Part shown: positions 51,301 to 60,268 of the stretch, piece by piece
How positions within the stretch are numbered: the stretch's first letter is position 1
Layout: the number at the start of each line of letters is the position of its first letter
Assembly (NCBI RefSeq): GCF_036365525.1
Contig: NC_090418.1
Span: forward strand, 6,798,304 to 6,862,303
Direction of reading: 5' to 3'
From: Heterodontus francisci
Lineage: Eukaryota
DNA length: 64,000 bases
The notes under the pieces: generated by a model
What the model saw: only the letters and a program-made list of their open reading frames with translations
Told to the model about the DNA's origin: nothing
Database searches by the model: none
Position numbers and translations under genes: made by a program

Positions 51301-53540
51301 ATCTTCTGCCTGAATCTTTGTGATAAATGCCTTACTGGACAGTTGTAAATTTCCCTTGTCCACTACTTAATGCAACTGTTAAACATGTCAGTGGAAAAAT
51401 CAAGTTCATTCCAGTATTGTAAAGACGCAGCACATTTTAATCAATGTTGAAAGATCATCTCAGATAAATCCACATTGCGATCTGGCCAATGATCACATCT
51501 CAGGACAGGTCAGAGACCTGAACTGCTCAGAAAGTCTCTGCTCCAATGAGCAGCGGGATGGTACAGTGAAGGGATTTGGGTTTGGTAATTCTGAACAGTT
51601 TCACTCATAGTCTACAATTTTGTCTTCGCGAGATTAAACATGCAAAAATTGACAATAAATTCTCAGAATGCAATATTTACCATCGGCAATGGGATCTGTG
51701 GAGAGAAACAGATTTGTGTTAAGATTGCCTGCTGCACAATCTCAGCATTTGTTTTCATTGGGGTGTGTGTCTCCTTTCTATTCACGTTCGCCTCTGTGAC
51801 ATTTTTGTGAATTTTCTGAAATCTGTGCCCTCTAGTTACCGACCCTTCTGACAGTGGAAACAGCGGGTGCCCTCCCTGTGTTATCGAATCACAAGCTGAT
51901 TGACCAGAGTTTGGGATTTCTTGAGCAGGATTGGAAATGAGCTGTTGTTGCTTTTCGTAGAGTCAAGAGGTGGGCGGCACAGTGGCGCAGTGGTTAGCAC
52001 CGCAGCCTCACAGCTCCAGGGACCCGGGTTTGATTCTGGGTACTGCCTGTGTGGAGTTTGCAAGTTCTCCCTGTGTCTGCGTGGGTTTTCTCCGGGTGCT
52101 CCGGTTTCCTCCCACATGCCAAAGACTTGCAGGTTGATAGGTTAATTGGCCATTATAAATTGCCCCTAGTATAGGTAGGTGGTAGGGAACTATATAGGGA
52201 CAGGTGGGGATGTGATAGGAATATGGGATTAGTGTAGGATTAGTATAAATGGGTGGTTGATGGTCGGCACAGACTCGGTGGGCCGAAGGGCCTGTTTCAG
52301 TGCTGTATCTCTAAACTAATCTGGATTGGATCCTCAATTCTTCACTGTATTTAACAATGACTTATGGGACAGCAAGCCACATTTCCAAATTAGGGGGCAT
52401 TGCAAGCAGTGTAGATGGAAGAGTAAAATTACAAAGAGCTATTGTTACATTAAATGATGAAATGAAACAGTAACAAATGGGTTTCAATGTAGACAGATGT
52501 GAGGTTAACCATATGGGCTTTAAAAGCATAGAACAGGAAAGTTTCTATATGATGAAAATGATAGAAACAGTGAATGTCCAAAGATACTTGGGAGCCCAGG
52601 GACACAGATCATTAAAATGTCCTGAACAACGACGGAAAATAATCAAATAGGCAATGGACTACTGGCCTTTATATGGAGAAAATGAAAATACAAGTGGATT
52701 GAAGTCATGCTTCAGCTATACACAGCCCTGATTAGACCACACCTGGAGTTACTGTGAGCAGTTCTGGGCAACACACCTTAGCAAGGATATATTGGCTTGG
52801 AGGGAGTGCAGTGTAGATTTACCAGAATGATGCTTACATTCAAGGGTTAAATTACAAGGAGCAATTACACACACTAGGGCTGTATTCCCTGGAATTTAGA
52901 AGGTTAAGGGGTTAATTGATTGAAGTTTTCAGCAATTAAAGGGAAAATATAGGGTAGGTAGTGGGAAATTATTTCCGCTGGTGAAGGAGTTCAGGACTCG
53001 AGGGAACTGTTCAAAACTTAGAGCCAGATCCTGCAGGAGTGAAATTAGGAAACATTTCTTCATACACAGGCTGGTAGAAGTTTGGAACTCTCTTCTGCAA
53101 ATTCCAATTAATGCCAAATGAATTGTTAATTTTAAAACTGACATTGTTTTTTTTTCACAAGTCTTGAGGGATATGGGGCAAAGGCAGGTATATGGAGTGA
53201 GTCGCAGATCAGTTATGATCACATTGAATGGCAGAACAGGATCCAAGGGGCTGAATGGCCTCCTCCTGTTCCTATGTTGCTACTGGAATCTCGGTGCTCC
53301 ACCCAGAGGACACAGTCTCAGTCCATGATGTACACCGTACACACAGAGCTCTGTCTAGAGGCCGTGAGCTCTGTCTTGATCTACACTGGACACACAGAGC
53401 TCTGTCCAGAGGCTGCAAGGACAGGTATTCCATAGTTCCAAAACTGTCTAACATCAGTGAATGAATAAGACAGCACTTTGTTCCTTACCTGCCATGACCC
53501 CTGCAATCAGGACGAATAGAAGGAGACACAGGTATTTCAT
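21368..53540 (-). CDS. Complete micro-exon gene (copy B), 18 canonical coding exons, predicted 148-aa secreted Tyr/Gly/Lys/His/Asp-rich repeat protein: MKYLCLLLFVLIAGVMA-DPIAD-GKKDKKDK-GDYLPGGH-GYYPHPDH-GYYPHPDH-GKKYTKYD-GYYPHPDH-GKKDGKYD-GYYPYGDH-GKKYPKYD-GYYPHGGD-GKKYTKYD-GYYPHGDD-GYYNHGHY-VCYHYCSY-DCYPSYGK-GYYPWI*
   Basis: Exons of 52+15+(15x24)+20 = 447 nt join into one open frame through GT-AG phase-1 introns. TATA box, good start context and hydrophobic signal peptide at the 5' end. The terminal exon lies outside the repeat units and independently repeats the GYYP motif using synonymous codons (TAC, CCC). Confidence 0.85.
21450..22110 (+). mobile_element. Degraded CR1 fragments in the last intron
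   Basis: gagaaactatttcctctgg...aggaagcatttcttcacacaaaggg; tail ggggctgaatg...ctgttcctgt. Confidence 0.7.
23736..23760 (-). other. Atypical 25-nt exon: GKKKH* if entered in phase 1, EKRSTKSH(G) if entered in phase 0
   Basis: ttccccaaag|GAAAAAAGAAGCACTAAAAGCCACG|gtaaat; one base longer than the 24-nt norm, with the extra base in an A6 run. Confidence 0.45.
24440..25175 (-). mobile_element. CR1-group LINE fragment (different subfamily), frameshifted
   Basis: WADKWQVTFTPHKC...AGQRLGILRR...IYKAQVSSMMEYSP. Confidence 0.85.
26065..26088 (-). CDS. Micro-exon DCYPSYGK
   Basis: cccacag|ATTGTTACCCCTCTTATGGCAAAG|gtaaca. Confidence 0.75.
27346..27369 (-). CDS. Micro-exon VCYHYCSY
   Basis: ctcacag|TCTGTTACCACTATTGCAGCTACG|gtaaat. 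Confidence 0.75.
28871..28894 (-). CDS. Micro-exon GYYNHGHY
   Basis: ccacag|GATATTATAATCATGGACACTATG|gtaaat. Confidence 0.8.
29203..29820 (+). mobile_element. CR1 3' fragment
   Basis: ELYKSLVRPQIEYCV...LARLGLFSLE.RMLRGDLIEMYKIM remnant; tgattcta tail. Confidence 0.85.
30165..30262 (+). mobile_element. Short Penelope-like terminal fragment replacing part of a repeat unit
   Basis: gatgaagggtcactgacccgaaacgttaactctg... matches ~32434-32524. Confidence 0.75.
30702..32527 (+). mobile_element. Penelope-like retroelement, degraded (RT + GIY-YIG)
   Basis: DVQSLYTSIPH, GVAMGTRMGPSYACLF, YIDD; CSQCSLLYIGETK...RFAEHLRS...VACHFN; TTGGATAAA on both flanks (30693-30701, 32528-32536). Confidence 0.9.
33533..33556 (-). 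CDS. Micro-exon GYYPHGDD
   Basis: cag|GATATTATCCTCATGGAGACGATG|gtaaat. Confidence 0.8.
34388..34411 (-). CDS. Micro-exon GKKYTKYD
   Basis: cag|GGAAAAAATATACAAAATACGATG|gtaaat. Confidence 0.8.
35488..35511 (-). CDS. Micro-exon GYYPHGGD
   Basis: cag|GATATTATCCTCATGGAGGCGATG|gtaaat. Confidence 0.8.
36338..36361 (-). CDS. Micro-exon GKKYPKYD
   Basis: cag|GGAAAAAATATCCAAAATACGATG|gtaaat. Confidence 0.8.
37850..37873 (-). CDS. Micro-exon GYYPYGDH
   Basis: cag|GATATTATCCTTATGGAGACCATG|gtgaat. Confidence 0.8.
38703..38726 (-). CDS. Micro-exon GKKDGKYD
   Basis: cag|GGAAAAAAGATGGAAAATACGATG|gtaaat. Confidence 0.8.
40216..40239 (-). CDS. Micro-exon GYYPHPDH
   Basis: cag|GATATTATCCTCATCCAGACCATG|gtaaat. 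Confidence 0.8.
41074..41097 (-). CDS. Micro-exon GKKYTKYD
   Basis: cag|GGAAAAAATATACAAAATACGATG|gtaaaa (slightly weaker donor). Confidence 0.75.
42584..42607 (-). CDS. Micro-exon GYYPHPDH
   Basis: cag|GATATTATCCTCATCCAGACCATG|gtaaat. Confidence 0.8.
43424..43447 (-). other. K-type exon with lost acceptor; cryptic 15-nt version 43424-43438
   Basis: Same sequence as 45786-45809, 2362 bp away. Confidence 0.4.
44946..44969 (-). CDS. Micro-exon GYYPHPDH
   Basis: cacacag|GATATTATCCTCATCCAGACCATG|gtaaat. Confidence 0.8.
45786..45809 (-). other. K-type exon with lost acceptor (would be GEKGTKYG); cryptic 15-nt version 45786-45800 (GTKYG)
   Basis: Donor intact, acceptor position reads CAC; the next AG is 9 nt inside and frame-preserving. 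Confidence 0.4.
47373..48198 (-). mobile_element. Duplicate of the CR1 insertion
   Basis: Identical 251-aa ORF call at +47259. Confidence 0.95.
48572..48594 (-). other. Atypical 23-nt K-type exon (frame-shifting, GKRVGNTV) or pseudo-exon
   Basis: Donor gtaaat intact, pyrimidine tract lengthened; the first AG after the branch point is ccccaag|, giving 23 nt instead of 24. Confidence 0.45.
50092..50115 (-). CDS. Copy B micro-exon GDYLPGGH
   Basis: cacacag|GAGATTATCTTCCTGGAGGCCATG|gtaaat. Confidence 0.8.
50945..50968 (-). CDS. Copy B micro-exon GKKDKKDK
   Basis: ccacag|GGAAAAAAGATAAGAAAGACAAAG|gtaaat. Confidence 0.8.
51681..51695 (-). CDS. Copy B exon 2, 15 nt, DPIAD
   Basis: cttaac...tctgtttctctccacag|ATCCCATTGCCGATG|gtaaat. 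Confidence 0.8.
51972..52321 (+). mobile_element. HE1/V-SINE, duplicate in copy B intron 1
   Basis: Matches 4713-5062. Confidence 0.9.
53489..53540 (-). CDS. Copy B exon 1: signal peptide MKYLCLLLFVLIAGVMA + 1 nt
   Basis: gcaaccATG (A at -3), basic N-terminus, hydrophobic core, V-x-A cleavage motif, strong donor CAG|GTAAGG, phase 1. Confidence 0.9.
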
Positions 53541-53597
53541 GGTTGCGGTGAGTTGTCTGCCAGTTGGTGTGGTGCATTGTACACTGCGGACTCAGGG

Positions 53598-53605
53598 TTT
53601 ATATA
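53598..53605 (-). promoter_or_regulatory. TATA box (TATATAAA) of copy B
   Basis: Plus-strand tttatata, 57 nt upstream of the ATG at 53540; compatible with a transcription start ~25-30 nt downstream and a short 5'UTR. Confidence 0.75.
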
Positions 53606-54059
53606 CATTTTATGAACAGACCTGCTGAGCAGGTTTTGGCTCTGTTTAGAACAGGTGACGCTCTGATTTAAGCTTGAATCAATCTTTCTGACAAGCATGG
53701 CAAAGGCGATGAAATGTCAGCCAAAAGATAAAGCATTAATTGGATCACCGAGGAGCATGTGCTCATTTTTCTGGCTACCAACCCCGGCCTGTCCAATCTA
53801 TGAGAATCCACGGGCATACTGAAACAAGGCCCCTGTTTTAGGCAGAAAACAACAGAGGGCGAGTTTCTTTGGCTGCGGGTTGGAGGAGGATGGAGGATGT
53901 GGGGTCTCTGCCTTGGCAGTCGTGGAGTTGGGCAGAAGTTTGACAGAAGCTTGTTTACATGTGGGGGCAGTTTATCCACCCAGGGTGTGACGAGGCAGCA
54001 GAACGGATCACCTCCCAAATTCAGCAAATTCAAGAAACAGAGTCTAACGACTGTTATCA

Positions 54060-55311
54060 ATACACTGACTGGTTTCTCTCCGTCCCTCTCTCTCAGGCTG
54101 ATATCTGCACACTGATTTGTGTCTCTCAGTTCCTCTCTCTGTGGGAGATATCCATACACTGACTGGTGTCTGCCAGTCCCTCTCTCTCAGGGTGATATCA
54201 GTACACTAACTGGTGTCTCTTAGTCGCGCTCTCTCAGGGGGATATCTGTACACTGATTGATGTCTCTCAGTTCCTCTCTGAGGGAAATATCTGTACACAG
54301 ATTGATGTCTCTCAGTTCGTCTCTCTGAGGGAAATATCTGTACACAGATTGATGTCTCTCAGTTCCTCTCTGAGGGAAATATCTGTACACAGATTGATGT
54401 CTCTCAGTTCCTCTCTCTGAGGGAGATATCTGTGCACTGACTGGTGTCTCTCAATCCCTCTCTCACAGAGTGATATCTGTACACTGACTGGTGTCTCTCA
54501 GTCCCCTCTCTCTCAGGGTGATATCTGTACACTGACTGGTTTCTCTCAATCCCTCTCTCACAAAGTCATACCTGTGCACTGACTGGTTTCTCTCAGTCCC
54601 CTCTCTCTCTCAAGGTGATATCTGTACACTGACTGGTTTCGCACAGTCCCCTCTCTCTCAGGGTGATATCTGTACATTGACTGGTTTCTCTCAATCCCTC
54701 TCTCACAAAGTAATACCTGTACACTGACTGGTTTCTGTCAGTCCCCTCTCTCTCAAGGTGATATCTGTACACAGACTGGTGACTCTCAGTCCCCCCTCTC
54801 TCAGGGAGATATCTGTACACAGACTGGTGACTCTCAGTCCCTCTGTCAGAGGGTGATATCTGTACACTGACTGCAGTCTCCCATCTCCCCTCTCTCAGAG
54901 GGTGATATCTGTACACTGACTGGTGTCTCTCAGTCCCTCTCTCAGAGGGTGATATCTGTACACTGACTGGTGACTCTCAGTCCCTCTGTCAGATGGTGAT
55001 ATCTGTACACTGACTGCAGCTTCTCGTCTCCCCTCTCTCAGGGTGATATCTGTACACAGACTGGAGGCTCTCAGTCCCTCTCTCAGAGGGTGATATCTGT
55101 ACACTGACTGGTGTCTCTCAGTCCCTCTCTCTCAGGGTGATATCTGTACACTGACTGGTGTCTCTCAGTCCCCCCTCTCTCAGGGTGATATCTGTACCCT
55201 GACTGCTGTCTCTCAGTCTCCCCTCTCTCAGGGTGATATCTGTACACTTCCTGGCGTCTCTCAATTTCTCTCTCAGAGGGTGAAATCTGTACACTGAATT
55301 GTGTCTCAGTC
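54060..55311. repeat. Same minisatellite in copy B, 92 bp longer
   Basis: Offset rises from 47207 to 47299 across it. Confidence 0.95.
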
Positions 55312-58300
55312 CCTCCTTCTCTTCCTTTCTCTTCCTCTCACCAGGCCATGCCTTATGTTATTCTCACTCTTTTACCAGGAATCCTCACCTTCACTAAACC
55401 TTAAACTCTTCTTTCTCCAGTATTCGTCAATACATCAACTCTTCATCCATATCCTTCTGTCTGGGAAACACTGGTTACAATACATTCAGTTCAAGGAAAG
55501 CACGGGTTCGATACAGACTAAATCTCCCTCTCCACTCTCCCCATCAAACACTCCCAGGACAGGTACAGCACAGGGTTAGATACAGACTAAATCTCCCTCT
55601 CCACTCTCCCCATCAAACACTCCCAGGACAGGTACAGCACAGGGTTAGATACAGACTAAATCTCCCTCTCCACTCTCCCCATCAAACACTCCCAGGACAG
55701 GTAGAGCACAGGGTTAGATACATAGTAAAGCTCCCTCTACTGTGACAGGTGCTGTTATGTAGGCATTGAACCTGGTTCGATCTCAGCCAGATCACAGGGT
55801 CTTTGACCTTGAGGACTGGTCACCGTCAAGTGGAGTGAGTGTGGATTTGATACATGAGTAGAGGAGGTAGACAGTGTCCTGAGATTGTTCAACATGACCG
55901 TATATAGAAATAAAGAGGATCATTGGACCCATTGTTCAGATATGATCTCCCACAATTTTTGTGATTGCCGTCTGGGATTTGAGAGCTTTTTGCAACGTGT
56001 TTCCCTCAATCGGATTAGTCCCTCAACAGTCTTCTCTGTTTGTCCCCCTTGTCTGAGGAGATTGGGTGTCTTGTGTGTGCCGGGTGGAAATGGAGGAGGG
56101 GGCTGATGTGTAGACATCACAGCATCCCCGGGTGAGACAGGTTCAATGCCACAGTCAGCTTTTCCCCATCCTTTTCCCTCTCATTAGAAGTGAGTTCAGT
56201 ACTTTTCGAGACACTGTCCCCTTTCATTTTCATATAGTTAAACTACTCATTGCTTGTTTCAATGCCTAGAATGGAAGTTGTTCTCCTTGATTTGCTTTTT
56301 CACAGATGCCACATCATTCTTTGGTGTGCCAGCTCCACCTTGCCCACACTTTACCCACAGAATGTTCATGTGAGTCATTAAATCATTCGAGATAAGGCGT
56401 CTAAGAACACAATGAAAAGGAACAAACAGTCCTCTGATAATCTCTCAGATAGCAAGGTTTTCGAACAAGCTGCATGAGATTCAATCAGGTCCTTTCTATG
56501 TTCCCCTGCTTGCCAAGATACATGTAGTAACGTGGCACATTAAGAGTGCCACCTGGCAGAGCGGGATTGGGGGAATGTGTAGCGTTGGCTGGGAGGAACA
56601 GGTGACTTTGGATCTCTGGTTCCTGAAGCTTTCCATCACTGGGGGTTTTCCTCCCCTCATGTCTGAATCTGTTGTCGATTCATTGACAGAGATGCATTGC
56701 TGTGATTGGTCAATAACTCCCTGTACAACATGACTATCAGGATGATAGAAGGTGAACCAGATGGACCTTGATGTGTTTTCATCCAGTAATTCCTGTGTTA
56801 AAGGGGGGAGAAGAGGTTCCTGAAATAAGGACCAGTCCAGAATTCCCTGCATCAATGTCAACAACTGGGAGTTTGTCTGGAAGAGTTTGTGTTTCTTGAG
56901 CTTTTAACTTGTTCTTGGGATCTGGGCAGTGCTGCTAAGGCTGCACTTATTCCTCAACTCTAAAAAAAATGTGCATTTCAATCGCACCTTTCTCCAGCTC
57001 AGGATGTTCCAAAAGCAACCAATGAAGTGCTGCCACAGTTGAAATGCAGGAAACACATCACCCAATTTGAGCACAGCAAGCTCCCACAAACAGCAATCTG
57101 GTAATGACTGGAAACAACCTGCTTTTTCGGTGGTGTTGATTGAGTGATAAATATTGACCAGGGGACCAGATGGAGAACTCCTCTGCTCCCATTTCAAATG
57201 GTGACATAATATCTTTTATATGAGAGGGCTGACTGTGCTTTGGTTTAGCATCTCCTCGAAAAGTCTCCTTGTCTGGCACTGCTGCACTCCCTCAGTGATG
57301 GTGATAGAGTGTCAGCCTGGATTATGTGTTCATGTTAAGCAAATGGGATTTGAAGCCACAACCTCCAACAGAGGCGAACATGCTACCAACTGAACAGCTG
57401 GGACAGTCAGGGGTCTCAAGGAGAGATTGTCTTTTAGCCACTTCAGGGGATAAGAAGAATCAGCCAGGCAGAATGGAACTGGAGAGACATATAGGCCAGG
57501 ACAGGTAGACCTGAAGGATTCCCTTTCCCTGGAGGACATGACCAAACCGGCTGGGTTTCTGTGACCATCTGGCAGTTTCCATAGTTCCTGCACCTTGCAC
57601 ACAAATGACCTGATTTATATAATTCAATCACACGATTTACAAGGGGTTCAAACTTGCGACCGCGGAGTGTCAATTCCGATCCCAGACGCACTGCACTACT
57701 GTATCTCATTAAATTGACACATCGATGGTGTAACATTCCTGTTCCTTCCTCCTTTTTCCTTGCAGGAACTAAATCTTCCTGGTTTTGGGATCCTGCTGTT
57801 CACGTATGCCTCATTCTATGTACCAAGCCTCACACTGACTGTTAGAATATACAGCCCCGACTGCTGGACATTCACACACGTATCTCCCAGCATAATAGGT
57901 TAACAGCAAATGCTGTAGGTGAAATACAAAACCATGAAATATGATAATTTAAATATTAGACACCAAAACACAATCTGGGGACACTACCAGGGGCCATTTA
58001 ATCACCAGGGAGGACCACATGTTTTCTTTGATAAGTGATTTGATTTGAGAGTTACACCGACAGTTCTCACAATTTTCAGCTGGGCCTTTTCTGTGTTTTT
58101 TTACTTGACCAGAAACCCTGTCCAAGCATCAATGTGGCACCTTCGATATGAGCACTTGTGGAAAGCAAATGGGTCAAGAAACGAGCTGCTTGAATGAAAC
58201 AGGTCAGCTTATCTGATAAACTGTTCTTTCCAAGAGTCTGAGCCTTTGATTGAACAAATAAACACTGATTGTGAGAACTGGAGAAAAGACCTGAGAGTAG

Positions 58301-58981
58301 AGTGTTGGCCAGAGTTTAAAGCCCATGAGTTCACAGCATAGGAGGTGGCCAATTTACTGATTGTGCCTTTGCAAGAGTGATCCAGAATTAATCCCACTGC
58401 CCCACACCTTCCCCACAGCCATGTATCCTCCTCGGTTTCAAATATTTATCCCATTTGCCTTTAAAAGATGCACTGCATTTTTTCTGTACACCGTCTGTGA
58501 CAAAGCATTCCACAGGACAACAACCCTCTGCTCACTCTCTCAGTGACAGTTTTGAATTGGAGCCCGAAACCTTTGCTGAAGGATAAGAAATAGCCTTTCA
58601 TTAGCGAAACTCTTTCTAATTTTTAAGGTAAATATTAAACCTCCTCTTAACCTTCGCTGATCCCACGGAAATCACCCCAGTTTCCTAAATCTTTTTGTGT
58701 CATGATTTGGTTCTCGTTAATACAGGTTGTATGGTTAATATTTAATATTTTCACACATGTGTAAACAGTCAGTGAAATCTGCCTATTTTCACGCAGAACG
58801 GTGGAAATATTATCCATAACCACCGGTTGAATTTATATAGTGCCTTTACTGTAATAAAACATTCCTAGCAGCTTTGAAAGAGCTTTATAAAGCAAAATTT
58901 GACACCGAGCCATGCAAGGAGTTGGTAAAACAGGTGACCAAAAACTTGGACAAAGAGGGAGGTTTCAAGGGGCGTTTTGAA

Positions 58982-59012
<31 letters not shown>

Positions 59013-59908
59013 TGTTGTGGAAGAGAATTCCAGAACATAGGTCACAGGCAGCTGAAGGTACGACCACCAGTGACGGAGGGAGTAAAATGGGGTAACTTTA
59101 TTGGCCCAGATTTTGCAGTCAGAGTTGAAGCAAGGGTGCCTCCCAATGACCTCATAGAAATCTCCTCACAAAGACCGAGCTATCTCTGTGGCGTGGGTTT
59201 TCCCATTCCGGATGCAGAATAAACCTGCCGCTAAAACAAGGGAATCTCCAGGCATGCAGCAGCAGTGATGTCAGCAAGCAGGGGAAGTAGACAGTCAGTT
59301 GGAATTAATCACACAGACAGCAAACCAGGAATTTAAAATTATTTCAAATCCTTCACTGGGAATTCAGACTTTCAGATATCAGCTTATTATTATTATTTTT
59401 ATCATTACTCTGTCGTGGGATGTGGGTTTCAGTGGCAGGACCAGCATTTATTGCCCATCCCTAATTCCCTTGAAATCTGAGTGGCTTGCTGGGCCATTTC
59501 GGTTGAGAGTCAACAACATCACAGTGGGTCTGGAGTCACAAGTCGGCCAGACCAGATAGGCACAGCAAATTTTCTCCTCTGGAGGGCATGAGTGAAACAT
59601 ATGCTTTTTTACAACAATCAATGATAGTTTCATGGCAACATTACTGAAACGAGCTTTCAATTCTAGCTTTTATCTGAATTAATTATTCGAATTTTTATTC
59701 CACCAGCTGCTGTGGTGGGATTTGGACCTCTTTCACCAGGGCACTATCCTGGGCCCCTACAATATTATCTCAGTGACATTATCACCAAGCCATTGTCATG
59801 AATTGGATGGCATAGAGGCTAAAGCAAAGACAAGAAAGCTGTTTTAAAATCGAAAAAACATTTCTTTTTTTTAGATAATCTTTGGAATTTTTATCAACAT
59901 GGAGAAAG

Positions 59909-60268
59909 GGCGGCACAGTGGCGCAGTGGTTAGCACTGCAGCCTCACAGCTCCAGGGACCCGGGTTCGATTCTGGGCACTGCCTGTGTGGAGTTTGCAAG
60001 TTCTCCCTGTGTCTGCGTGGGTTTTCTCCGGGTGCTCCGGTTTCCTCCCACAAGCCAAAAGACTTGCAGGTTGGTAGGTAAATTGGCCATTATAAATTGT
60101 CACTAGTATAGGTAGGTGGTAGGGAAATATAGGGACAGATGGGGATGTTTGGTAGGAATATGGGATTAGTGTAGGATTAGTATAAATGGGTGGTTGATGG
60201 TCGGCACAGACTCGGTGGGCCGAAGGGCCTGTTTCAGTGCTGTATCTCTAATCTAATCTAATCTAAAG
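59909..60268 (+). mobile_element. HE1/V-SINE inserted only in the right duplicate
   Basis: 360-nt offset jump; empty site ggagaaagttg at ~12600; perfect B box GGTTCGATTC; (CTAAT)n tail; AAAG on both sides. Confidence 0.93.

Larger units (their letters stand above)
22285..51870. repeat. Tandem array of exon-bearing units (~0.85 kb and ~1.5 kb; ~2.36 kb dimer between ~33 and 47 kb)
   Basis: Recurring blocks (aatgatcacatctcagg..., aaacagatttgtgttaa, gtgaaatggtgggagacgg); long units contain an old CR1 remnant (ERLEKLGLFSLEERM...). Confidence 0.95.

Noticed and set aside
21368-53540. Assignment to the SCPP family (histatin/amelogenin-like) or to elastin
   Set aside because: SCPP genes have phase-0 introns and an untranslated first exon, whereas exon 1 here is coding and ends in phase 1. 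There are no VPGVG or KAAK-type elastin motifs. No gene symbol assigned.
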